Assembly: GCA_965206595.1 (NCBI GenBank)
Contig: OZ242214.1
Coordinates: 6,144,001 to 6,208,000, forward strand
Direction of reading: 5' to 3'
DNA length: 64,000 bases
Source of the DNA: Candidatus Latescibacterota bacterium
GTDB lineage: Bacteria; Latescibacterota; UBA2968; UBA8231
Made by a program: the position numbers and the translations under genes. The notes beneath the pieces were generated by a model. It made no database searches and was not told where the DNA came from. It saw only the letters and a program-made list of their open reading frames with translations. Numbering within the stretch: the first letter of the stretch is position 1; each line of letters opens with the position of its first letter. Positions 19,090-29,575 of this stretch are shown piece by piece.

Positions 19090-20253
19090 GTGAGCAGATC
19101 CCTGTTTACTTCGGAATCGGTTTCGGAGGGACACCCGGACAAGGTGGCCGACCAGATCTCAGACGCCATCCTCGATGCCATGCTTGAGCAGGACCCCTCC
19201 TCGCGGGTGGCCTGCGAGTCGCTGGTCACGACGGGGCAGGTGGTCATTGCGGGAGAGGTGACCACTCGAGCCCAGGTCGACATCCAGGGACTGGTGCGCA
19301 AGACCATTCGAGAGATCGGCTACGACGACCCCGAATACGGGTTCGACTACCGCTCCTGCGGCATCTCGCTCGCCCTCGACCGGCAGTCTCCCGACATCTC
19401 CCAGGGGGTGGACGAAGAACAGGGGCTGCACGCGGAGATGGGTGCCGGGGACCAGGGGATGATGTTCGGATACGCCTGTCGCGAGACTTCGCAACTGATG
19501 CCGCTGCCTATCATGCTTGCGCACCAGCTGCTGCAACACCTGAGACGGCTGCGCAGACGCTCCGCGCTTCCCTACCTGAGACCGGACGCGAAATCGCAGG
19601 TGACCGTCGAGTACGTCGACGGCAGACCGAGCCGCGTCGACACTGTGGTGATATCCACACAGCACGGCCCGAAGGCATCCCACCAGTGCATTCGACGCGA
19701 CATGATCGCGCAGGTGATAAGGAAGGTGATTCCCGCGAGGCTTCTCGACCGGGACACGGTTTTTCACGTCAACCCGACCGGACGCTTCGTCGTCGGAGGT
19801 CCGCACGGCGACTGCGGGCTGACCGGTCGCAAGATCATCGTCGATACCTACGGCGGCATGTGCCCGCACGGTGGGGGAGCCTTTTCGGGAAAGGACCCGA
19901 CCAAGGTCGACCGCAGTGCCCACTACATGGCGCGCTACATCGCCAAGAATGTCGTCGCCTCCCGTCTCGCCGACCGTTGCCAGCTGCAGCTGGCCTACGC
20001 CATCGGCATCGCCGATCCGGTTTCCATCCATGTCGATACATTCGGTTCGGGGCGCCGTCCCGACGGCGAGATCGCCGACCTCGTACGCAAGGTCTTCGCC
20101 CTGACGCCGAAGGGCATTATCGAGCACTTGCGCCTGAGGCGTCCGATATTTCTGAAGACCGCCGCCTACGGCCACTTCGGTCGCTCCGGGCCGGGCTTCG
20201 CCTGGGAAAAGACCGATTGCGCCGCCGATCTGAAACAGCTGGCAAAACTGTAA
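19090..20253 (+). CDS. metK: S-adenosylmethionine synthetase
   Basis: [42 protein letters not shown] start at 19090. Confidence 0.97.
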   Translation: MSRSLFTSESVSEGHPDKVADQISDAILDAMLEQDPSSRVACESLVTTGQVVIAGEVTTRAQVDIQGLVRKTIREIGYDDPEYGFDYRSCGISLALDRQSPDISQGVDEEQGLHAEMGAGDQGMMFGYACRETSQLMPLPIMLAHQLLQHLRRLRRRSALPYLRPDAKSQVTVEYVDGRPSRVDTVVISTQHGPKASHQCIRRDMIAQVIRKVIPARLLDRDTVFHVNPTGRFVVGGPHGDCGLTGRKIIVDTYGGMCPHGGGAFSGKDPTKVDRSAHYMARYIAKNVVASRLADRCQLQLAYAIGIADPVSIHVDTFGSGRRPDGEIADLVRKVFALTPKGIIEHLRLRRPIFLKTAAYGHFGRSGPGFAWEKTDCAADLKQLAKL

Positions 20254-20328
20254 GCGGCAGGCCTTTCGACGAGCGCGATCGCCGCCCGCGCCTCGAAGGA
20301 GTGTGATCATGCCGGAGAAAGCCCGCGA

Positions 20329-22381
20329 GCGAATCCGGCGGCTGGCCCGGCCTTTTTTGAGAGCACTGGCTCCGCCCTTCTTCTGTTCTTTCCTGTTCTG
20401 TTCTTTCCTGCTTGCCCTCCCCGGCTGCACGGTAAAGAGACCCCAGGTTCCGATACTCGATCTAACGGTGAGCATCTCGGTCGCCGACGATACGACGACG
20501 ATTCGCGACGTCGCCAAGCGCACGGAGTTTCTGCGGATCGACTCAGACGACCGCTTGGCTCTCGATTTTACCAGCGAGTTCGACGGGGGTGCCGAAGTCG
20601 GAGACAGCCTGCAGGTGACCCCGGGGCAGGGAACCTTCCGCACTCCGCTCGGGCCGATCTCGATCCCAGGTCAGGGAATTCCCGTTACCGGAATCTCCCT
20701 GAGCAGCCTGCTGGGAAAAGAGATCCCGGAAACCGACTCGGCGGTACCCCTTGCGGGAACCGATTTCGAAACCGAGGTCCGGTTCACACTCGAAGACGCG
20801 ACCTCGTTGACAATCGAGGAGGGCGGCTTCAACCTGTCCATCCACAGCAAACTGCCGATACCGGTCGCAATGAAGCTGGTCCTGGTCGACGCCGGCAAAG
20901 GCGGCGTCGAGGTGGAGGAGATCGACTTGGGAAGCATCGCTCCCGGCGACTCCGCGGCCGCCTACTTCGACCTGGGCGGAAAAAGGATTTCGGGCTCTCT
21001 GGTGTTTCGCGTCGCCGGGGCCACGGATGAAGCCGAGGTGCAGATCCAGGGGGAACCCGCTCTGGAGATTTCGGGCGTTCTGCGCGACCTGAAAGTGAGC
21101 GAGGTCACCGGGATGATTCCGCAACAGGTTTTGGCCGGCGTCCATATCCTGGAGATTGCCGACGACCGCATCCGGGCTACCCGCGCCGAGATCAGTGAAG
21201 GGGTAGTCGCTCTCGAGGTCGGGAACGGAACTTCAGTCCCTTTGTCCGTTACCCTGACACTAGACGACCTGCGCGCGTCTGACGGGGAGATTCGCACTTT
21301 CACCGTCGACAAGCTCCTTCCCGGCGAGGAAAGGCAGGTTCTCTTCGACCTCGCCGGCAACGAGTTCGTTCCCCTGGATCCGCTTTCGATCCGGCTTTCC
21401 TGGGAGGTCACGACGCTGGCGACGGAGACCGAGGCGACCATCCGGTCCGACGACGAGTTGCAGGTGGAGGCACGTCCCGGAAGAATCCTGTTCAACCGTC
21501 TTGAGGGGACTCTCGACAGGGTCGAGCTGCCAATGAATACGGTCACCGATACCATCGATTTTCCGAACGGCCTGAATCAAGTCGCGCTGAGTTCCACCTC
21601 GCTCGCCGTCTTCGTGACCTCGGCGGCCGCCTACAGCAGCGAGCTGAATCTGTCGATCATCGGTACCAACCTGTGGGGGGAAAGCAGCACCATATTGGAT
21701 TCACAGGTTCTCCCACCGGGAAATCCGGACGCCCCGGTCAGCATTGCGATCGAACGAGACTCCGAGGACCTGATCAGCTTCATGAACCTGCTGCCCACCG
21801 AAATCACCATCGTCCCGGAGGTCTTCCTCGGGGACGGCGCCAGCGCCGGCGAGATCGAGGCCGGTGACTGGGTCAGGCTCGACAGCCTCGTGTTCGATGT
21901 TCCTGCCCGCTTCCGGATCACCGGCGATACACGGATCGAGCCGGACCCGGTGCACCGCGAGTTCTCGGACGACGAATGGAGGCGGCGCATCCGCTCCAAT
22001 CTCAAGAGCGCCTCGGTCACAACGAAGATCGAGAGCCACATCCCCCTGGGATTGACGGTCAGCATCCAGGTCGGCAGGACCGAGGAGGGGGTGTACAGGA
22101 ATCCGGTGCTGACCATACCGACCGACGGGACCGGATTCGGCGTCGCCGCGGCTCCAGTCGACAAGGACGGGCGGGTCGTCGCAACGACACGGTCCGAGAA
22201 GGCCTTGGAGCTCACGGCAGAGGACGTTCTGGTCTTCCTGGAGGAAGGAGGCGTCTACACCGGAGTGCTAGTGCAGGTCGAGAGCACCGATGGCGAAATC
22301 GAGCTGTTCGGCAGCGACTTCTTCACCGTGCAGGCGGGGGCGCGGATCTTCATCGAGCTGAACGAGAGCCTGGTGGAGTAA
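20329..22381 (+). CDS. Large beta-rich lipoprotein of unknown function
   Basis: Hydrophobic signal ending LLALPGC (lipobox); acidic, beta-strand-rich body with internal repeats. Start may be 20303. Confidence 0.7.
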
Positions 22382-22396
22382 CGGGGCCGGCGAGAG

Positions 22397-23815
22397 ATGA
22401 CCGGGATACCGAAGGCCGGAATGCTTTCCATCCACTGGCGGGAAACAGCCACCGCGATGGTGCTGACGCTGGCCTTCGAAGGTTCCCTGTTCGCCCTCAG
22501 CGACACCGAACCGCGGGCGCTGGCGCTCGGGCAGGCGTACACCGCATTGGCGAGAGGGCCGGAAGCGGTCTTCTGGAATCCCGCCAACCTCGCCCTGGGC
22601 GGAGGGCCAAAATTAAAATGGGAGGTGTTTGGTGCCGGCCTGACCCTGATAACGGAAAACAACAGTTTCTCCGTCCGCACCTACAACGACAACTTCACCG
22701 ACGACACTCACAGGATCGGGACAGCCGAAAAGAAGGAGCTGCTCGGGGATATCCCCGCGGACGGATTGAGGTTCAATGCCGACCTCGTGCCGTTCATTTC
22801 CGCCGGTCTGCCCGTCAACGGGGGCATCTCCTTTCCCCTCAGGAATGGGATTCAGGCCGCGGTCACCACGAACGTCGCCTTCGGAGTGGAGGGGGAAATG
22901 CCGAAGGACATGTTCGATTTGATGTTGTTCGGCAACGAATTCGACCGCCCCTACGAAATCGCCAAGTGGGACGGGTCTTCCTGGCTAGTCGGGGGGGTGA
23001 ACTTTGCGGGGGCGAAACCCTGGATGCCCGCCAGGCTTGCCTCGCACCTGCGCGAGTTCACGGTTGGAGGGACCGTGAAGATTTCAGGAGGGGCCTACGG
23101 CGAAATCACCCGGTCCGATGGCGGCATGATCTCACGCATCCAGGGAACCGACCTGGAGGGGTTTGCGCTCGTCCGGCGCAGCGGTGGCATCGGACTCGGG
23201 GTGGACTTCGGGGTGGCCGGCGTCACCACGGACGGCAGGACCACCTTCAGCGCCGGCATGCTCAATCTTCTGGATTTCATCCGCTGGAACATCGGAGCGC
23301 GACAGGACTCGGTGTTTTCCAAGGCGACCAGCCTGCGGGTGACCCGCTTTCTCGAGCCGGACCAGGTCCGGATGAGGGACGTGCTCGAGAACGAGGACAT
23401 CGACGGCGACGGCGATCCCGATTTTCGCGAGAGCCTCAGCGAGGACGGCTTCTTTCGCTCGCTGCCGGCGATGCTGCGCGTGGGGTTCGCACACTGGCCG
23501 ATTCCCCACATGACGGTGGTCGGCAACTACGACCAGGCCTTGAGCTCCGGTTTCGGGATATCCCCGATGCCCAAGATCTCCACCGGAGCCGAGTACCGCC
23601 TGGTGCCGTGGTTTCCTACGCGAATCGGTTTGTCGATCGGGGGACGCAGCAGCAGCACCGGTGTGGGTTTCGCCTTCGGGCCGTTCAACGTCGGCCACGC
23701 GCAGCTAGAGTTTTTCGATCTCGCGCTGGTGACTCGCGGGGGATTGCTGCCGGGCTTTTCGAAAGGCTCCGCCATGTCGATCATGTTCTTCCGCTTCAAT
23801 TTCATCAATGCCTGA
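22397..23815 (+). CDS. Outer-membrane beta-barrel protein (DUF5723/FadL-PorV-like)
   Basis: Signal peptide, then PRALALGQAYTALARGPEAVFWNPANL (typical N-terminus of FadL/PorV-like barrels), amphipathic strands, GAEYRL and an aromatic C-terminal strand. Confidence 0.65.
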   Translation: MTGIPKAGMLSIHWRETATAMVLTLAFEGSLFALSDTEPRALALGQAYTALARGPEAVFWNPANLALGGGPKLKWEVFGAGLTLITENNSFSVRTYNDNFTDDTHRIGTAEKKELLGDIPADGLRFNADLVPFISAGLPVNGGISFPLRNGIQAAVTTNVAFGVEGEMPKDMFDLMLFGNEFDRPYEIAKWDGSSWLVGGVNFAGAKPWMPARLASHLREFTVGGTVKISGGAYGEITRSDGGMISRIQGTDLEGFALVRRSGGIGLGVDFGVAGVTTDGRTTFSAGMLNLLDFIRWNIGARQDSVFSKATSLRVTRFLEPDQVRMRDVLENEDIDGDGDPDFRESLSEDGFFRSLPAMLRVGFAHWPIPHMTVVGNYDQALSSGFGISPMPKISTGAEYRLVPWFPTRIGLSIGGRSSSTGVGFAFGPFNVGHAQLEFFDLALVTRGGLLPGFSKGSAMSIMFFRFNFINA

Positions 23816-23892
23816 AATCCACCGGTCCCCCTATCCCAGAAATACCAAAGCCCCCCGACACAAAATGGCGCCGAGGGCTCATAGAAATGAAC

Positions 23893-23920
23893 GAGGCCTC
23901 TGTAAAAATCCAAAGGCCTC
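23893..23920 (-). terminator. Putative intrinsic terminator downstream of the peptide precursor gene
   Basis: Minus-strand stem GAGGCCTTTG / CAGAGGCCTC with an 8-nt loop, followed by GTTCATTTCT. Confidence 0.45.
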
Positions 23921-23986
23921 GAATGTGAGAAGCGATGCTCCTCGTCAGACGGCTCCAAGACCGCGGTGCCGCCGGTGGGGGATCGC

Positions 23987-24163
23987 CTAACGGTTGGGGT
24001 TGCTCCACCAACCGGAACCGGAACCGGAACCGTCTGAAGTATCCTGCTGCCCCTGCTCGCCTGTCGTCCCGATACCGCCGCCGACCTTTTCAGCCTCGTT
24101 GTCTTCGAGGGGCTCAACCTCTGCGTCCTTCGCTTCTTCTTCGCGCTTCTTTTCTTCGCTCAT
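23987..24163 (-). CDS. Double-glycine-leader peptide precursor (58 aa)
   Basis: AGGAGGA RBS 7 nt before ATG 24163; MSEEKKREEEAKDAEVEPLEDNEAEKVGG|GIGTTGEQGQQDTSDGSGSGSGWWSNPNR. The leader end resembles the ELSDEELEAVAGG consensus; downstream of a C39 exporter. Confidence 0.85.
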   Translation of the reverse strand: MSEEKKREEEAKDAEVEPLEDNEAEKVGGGIGTTGEQGQQDTSDGSGSGSGWWSNPNR

Positions 24164-24279
24164 CGTTTCATCCTCCTGGGATTGAGTTGGTGGGGATGCC
24201 CGGTTACACAACCATCGCCAAAGTCGAGGGGGCGAACTTCTGCGGCCGCCTCTGTTTTCCGCTTCGTTTCTTTGCTCAT
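24160..24279 (-). CDS. Second small ORF (39 aa), paralog of the precursor leader lacking the GG site and core; possibly a truncated precursor
   Basis: GGGAGG RBS; MSKETKRKTEAAAEVRPLDFGDGCVTGHPHQLNPRRMKR*. The first 19 codons align with the precursor leader at protein and DNA level; the stop overlaps the precursor ATG (ATGA). Not in the ORF track. Confidence 0.7.
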   Translation of the reverse strand: MSKETKRKTEAAAEVRPLDFGDGCVTGHPHQLNPRRMKR

Positions 24280-24328
24280 TTCAACCTCCCTGGAATGAGG
24301 TCAGGGGCGATTAGGCGCTCGAATGCAC

Positions 24329-24373
24329 ACGCTATTAATAGCGTAGTAGTACACGTTTCCCCGGGATTGTCAA
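24329..24373 (-). promoter_or_regulatory. Putative promoter plus perfect 16-bp palindromic operator for the peptide genes
   Basis: TTGACA on the minus strand (24373-24368), imperfect -10 TACTAC after 16 nt, then ACGCTATTAATAGCGT (24329-24344). Confidence 0.55.
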
Positions 24374-24446
24374 GTATTTATTGGGGGCGGGGGATGAGAC
24401 ATCGAGCGACGACCGGATTGGCAGTCGAGCCGCGAAGCGAGGTGCA

Positions 24447-27378
24447 TTACCCATGCACCAGCTGCCGCCGGGAAAGGGCTGCGAAGACCCCGTCCCGTTT
24501 GATCAGCTGGTCGAAGCGGCCGCTTTCGACGATACGCCCGGCGTCGAGCACATAGATCCGGTCGACATCCCGGATCGAGCTGAGCCGGTGGGCGATCACC
24601 AGGCGGGTTACCCCGAGTTTTTTCAACGAGTCTTGAACAACGGCCTGGGCGCGATTGTCGAGCGCACTGGTGGCTTCGTCGAACAGGAGGACTCGCCGCT
24701 TGCGGGCGAGGGCGCGCGCGCGATCAGCAGCCGCTGCTTCTGTCCCACGGAAAGCCCGGTACCGCCCTCCGGCAGCACCGTGCGCATACCCATTGGCATC
24801 GCCCGGATATCCTCTTCGAGAGCGGCGGCACGCGCTGTCGCCCAGGCTTCATCCGCACTCAACGGGGACGGGCCCGCGATATTTTCGTAGATGCTGCCGG
24901 CGACAACCTGGCCGTTCTGCAGAACGACGCCCATGGGGCCGCGGACCGCGTTCAGATCGAGGCTCGAAAGATCGTGTCCGTCGAGAAACACGGTTCCGGA
25001 ATCCGGCTGCTCGAAGCCGAGCAGCAGGCGATAGATCGTCGATTTGCCGCAGCCGGACGGACCGACGAAGGCGACGTAGTCACCCTGTCTTATGCGGAAG
25101 GATATGCCGTCGATCGCCTTCGGACTTTCTGGAGAATAGCGGAAGGTCACGTTGGCGAACTCGATCTCTCCCTTGAGATCCCCCGGATCGATGCCGCCGT
25201 CCGCGGTTTCGGGACGCGCTTCGAGAATCGGCCGTACTCGCTCAAGAAGAGGGATGATCCCGACTGCTGTCGTGGCGGCAGTCGTCAGCCCGATCACCGC
25301 GCCCGTCAGCTGCCCGAACGCGGCATTGAAGGAAAGGAAGGCCGCCAGATCGAATGTCGGCTTTCCGCCACGTATGAGGGCATAGTGGACCGAGGCGAAA
25401 ATGGCGATCAGGGCAAGAGGCTGGAACATGCCGGCTACAACGTGCTGACCGGCGGCCCAGCGAAGCGCGGCCAGGCTTTCCCGTTTCTGCCCGGCGAAGC
25501 GCTGAGCCCAGCGCGCGAGTGCGTAGCTTTCGGCATTTGCAACCCGGAGCTTGGCGAGGCCGCCGATCATCTGAAAAACGAATCCATGGAGTTTTCCCTG
25601 GGTGCGGAACAGGGCGCGAAAGTGGCGAAGCTGCCCAGCGAAAGGATCCAGGTCGTGCCTGTCAAAACGAGCAGCAGGCCGCAGACACCCAGGGCCAGCG
25701 ACCAGCTGTAGTAGAACAGCAGCACCAGACTGAAGATCGAAAAGATCCCTCCCATCGCCGCCTGCACCGCAGCCCCGGTCAACGTCTGTCGGATTTCGCT
25801 GATGCCGTTTGCCCGGTTTTCGAGGTCGCCGGCGGTGAAGCGCCGAAAGAACGGCGCCGGCAGTGAGATCAGCCGGCTCCAGATCGCGGTCTGCAGGCGC
25901 TCGTCAACCCGGCCCTCGATCCTCAGCAGCGCGATTCCGCGCACGACTTCGAAGACCGCGTTGCCGAACGCGACCAACAGGAGAGCGCCCAGAGCGGCGA
26001 ACCAGAGCGGTATGTCCGCGCCGCGCGCGGGGATAATGCGGACGAGGAGCTCTCCCGTGAGGATCGGGGTCAGCAGCGCGGCGAGTCCTCCCAATACCCC
26101 CACCGCAAGCATGGCGCGCAGATCCCGCCCGCGCCGGTGCATGGAGAAGCCCAGGGCCGCCTTGCCGCTCTCGACGTGGTCGGGAAGCGGTGCGTAGAAC
26201 GTCAGCCCACCGGGTTTGAGTCCGGAGGCCATACCGTCGTCCAACGGAAAGGATGCGCCTGTTTCCGGATCCACTGCGCGGTAGGCCCCGCGACTGTCCG
26301 CAAGAATCCCGAGCGGCCTTTCGTGGCCTTCTTCCGCGGCTGCGAAGCCCACGAAGGAAGGACCATCCCGCCGCCACCAGCCCGGGGAGAGTGAAATCCA
26401 GCGCGTTCGTATGCCGGACCTGCGGGCGAGAGCCTCGATCTCTGCGAGCGGGTCGCGGGCTTCCTCCTGCCGAGGGGGGATCTGCAGCGACGCACCGCAG
26501 GATGAAGCGACCAGGGCCGCGGCCATTTGCAGCGGAGTGTGGCCACCCGTGCCGGCCGGTTCGCCGTCAGCAGTCGCCGCCATAACCCCCCCAAGGCCGC
26601 GCAGGGCCCCGGATACCGACGAGCGGCGGGCTTCATGGGCACTGCGCCGGCGTTCCTCGGAAGTCTCGGCCTCACTGAGGACGGCGAACTCGAGGACGAT
26701 CGCGCTGAAGCGGTCGAATCCGGGCCAGAGCCGCTCCGTCTGCAGGGCGGTCGGTGTATAGATCGCCGAAACCTCGGCGTCTGCGTCGATTTCGAACCAG
26801 GTCACCTCGGTGACAGGCAGCAGCGGTTCCCCCTCCGTTACGACGAGGTCGTGGCGTCCCGAAAGGCGCATCGGCGTGTTCGCAGAGACCCAGATGACGT
26901 CCATGTGCTGGGCGGAGAGGGCGGAGCCCGAGGGATAGGGCACGTCGGGATCGGCCTCGAGCAGCAGGGCGTCGCGAGGTGGAGGCCGATCGCGGACCAG
27001 GAATTCCGAGAAACTGGATATCCATTCGTCGATCCAGTTGGTCGCGGCGAGGTCGAAACTTTCCGAGGCGACACCGATGCGCTCACCTTCGACGAGGACC
27101 GCGTTCAGCGAGGGCACGGCGAGAAAGCCGAAAGTGCGCCCCGGTCGCGCCGGGTCCTCGATCCGCTCGCTGCCGAAAGCCATCTCTCCGGCCGGCACGC
27201 GGGCGACGTAGCGCCTCCTGCCGGCAACCTGGTCGGCCTTCATCTCGACGGCGAAAACGTCGAGATACCCCTGCTCGACAAAATGGACGCGCGTAGGGTC
27301 GTCCATCGAAAAGGGCCGGTTCGCCCCGGTCTCGATGCGGAGGCCGCGGATGCGCTCTATGAGCGGGACATCGGTCAT
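24447..27378 (-). CDS. NHLM/NHLP bacteriocin-system ABC transporter (cNMP-like N-terminus, TMD, NBD; TIGR03797-like), frameshifted as assembled
   Basis: Track ORFs 25567..27378 and 24623..25570 join with one extra G at ~25635 (LGQLRH). Removing 2 nt from the (GC)n run at ~24712-24722 restores ARALARKRRVLLFDEATSALD...AHRLS...LVHG* (TAA 24447). Walker A GPSGCGKST; signature LSVGQKQR. Confidence 0.85.
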
Positions 27379-27383
27379 CGCAA

Positions 27384-29575
27384 TCAGTCCGACATGACCA
27401 GGGTGCGATACAGACCGTCTTCGGCGATCAGCAGGTCATGGGTGCCGCGCTGGACGATACGGCCGCGGTCGAGAACGACGATTTCGTCAGCATCCCTTAT
27501 GGTGCTGAGCCGGTGGGCGACGATGAGGCAGGTGCAGCCGCGCTGCCGGAGCCGGTCGTCGATTTCGACCTCGGTTACCGGATCGAGCGCCGAGGTCGCC
27601 TCGTCGAGTACCAGGACCGCGGGGTTTCGCGCAAGAGCCCGGGCCAGCTCCAGGCGCTGGCGCTGGCCGCCGCTGAAATTGCGCCCGCCCTCGTCGACCG
27701 GGGAGTCGTACCTCAGGGGCCGCGCCGCGATAATTTCGTGGATTGCGGCGTCGCGCAGGGCCTGGACGATGTCTCGCTCTTCGATAGTCGGGTCCCACAG
27801 GGCGACGTTCTCGCGTACGCTCCCCTCGAAGAGGACGATATCCTGATCGACATGAGACACGGTTTCGGCAAATCGGGAGGGTGGAATGTCGTTGAAATCC
27901 TCGCCGTCGATACGAACGCTTCCGGACCAGGGCGTCAACATCCCGCAGATCAGCCTGGCAATGGTGGATTTGCCGCTGCCGGAGACCCCCACGAGCGCCA
28001 CGCGTCTGCCCGGCGGGATCGACAAGGTGAAATCCTCGATCAGGGGCGGCCCCATGGAATTGTACCCGAAGGTGACTTTGTCGAGTTCGACGAAGCCGCG
28101 CGGGGCGGGGGCGGGGGCGGACATGTCCGGCTCGCGTTCGTTGACGCCTCGATACGTGCGTTCGTCCGGGGAGTAGTTCAGCACGTCGTCGAGGCGGGCG
28201 ATATCCCCTTTATCATCTGGAGGTTGGCGCCGAATCGGAGGAGACCCTGCACCGGCTGCGAGAAGCTGACCGCCAGGCTCTGGAAAGCGATCAACCCGCC
28301 GATGGTGAGGGCACCTTCGAGGATGCGCAGCCCCCCGAAGCCGAGGATGGCGATAACGGTTAGCAGGGAGAGTAGCACCGGGACGACGTTGGCGAAGGTC
28401 GTAACCAGGCCGAGCCGTTGTTGAGCGTTCAGTGCGTTTGCATGAATGCCGGACCAGCGCGCGAAGAAGGCGCCATCGGTACCATTGGCCTTGAGCGTCT
28501 CGATAATCAGGATACCGTTTATCGAGACGCCGGAGACCCTGGACCGCTCCTTGAGCAGGCGGCGATTGGCATTCTCCCGGGCGCCGCCTGCAAGCCGCAG
28601 CACCAGGAGATTGACGGCGACCATGGCCAGGGCGATCAGGGTCAGCGGAACGTCGTATGAAAGCATCACCGCCGCGTAGAAGGTCATGGCCAGGGTTGAG
28701 GGCGTTGACCGCCAGCTCCCTGAGAGCAACCGCGCGACCCTGTCGTTCGACACGACCCGGCTGGTGATGTCGCCGGCATGACGCTGGCTGAAAAACAGCA
28801 TCGGCAGCGTCACCACGTGCCAGATGAATCGCGCCGTAGTGACGATGGACAGCTTGGTCTCCATGCGGGCGAGGAGGGTCCGCTGCAACCAGATCAAGGC
28901 GCCCTGAGCTGCTGCGGCCAGAGCCAGGCCGATCAGCAACGGCGCCATCCAGGCGCCGTTCTGCCGGACCAGGACATCGTCGATGAACACCTTGAGCATG
29001 GTCGGAACCGCCACGCCGGGAACGACCAGCGCCAACGTCGCCAGGGCGGCGAAGGCGAGGGGTCTCCGCGCCTGACCGAAACGGGCGTTCAGTCCTCGCA
29101 CCAGGTTCGGCCTTGCTCCGCCCCGGGTGAACCCGGGACCCGGTGCGAAACCGAAACAGACGCCCGTGAAGCTTTCATCGAACTCCTCCAGGGAGATTCG
29201 ACGAGGTCCCTCGCTCGGGTCGTTGATATAGGCTCTGTCACCCTTGATCCCCTCGAGCACGACGAAATGGTTGAACTCCCAGAAGAGGATCATCGGGAAG
29301 GGAAGGTCGAACAGACGGCTGCGAATGCTGCGGAAGCCCCGCGCGACGAGGCCGTATTCCCGGGCCGCGCGCAGGATATTGGCGGCATTGGCGCCGTCGC
29401 GCGAGACGCCGCAACGCACCCGCAGGGTCTCGAGCGGGACCCACCGGCCGTGATAGGCGAGGACCATGCCGAGGCAGGCTGCTGCGCACTCGGTGGACTC
29501 CATCTGCAGGATGGTAGGCACGGCGAGGCGGCCGCTGCGCCTCAGGTTGGGGCGGAGAGCCGCGTCCTGGCTCAA
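27384..29575 (-). CDS. NHLM/NHLP peptidase-containing ABC transporter (C39 + TMD + NBD; TIGR03796-like), frameshifted as assembled
   Basis: PTILQMESTECAAACL (catalytic Cys), FWEFNHFVV (His), YINDP (Asp), CGVSRDG. Frameshift at ~28205 (KGDIARLDDVL restored) plus a compensating pair at ~28720/28695. NBD GVSGSGKST, FSGGQRQR. Confidence 0.88.

Noticed and set aside
23987-24076. Lasso peptide (core Gly1 with Glu7)
   Set aside because: The leader is double-glycine type with no Thr at -2, and there are no lasso cyclase or B-protein genes.
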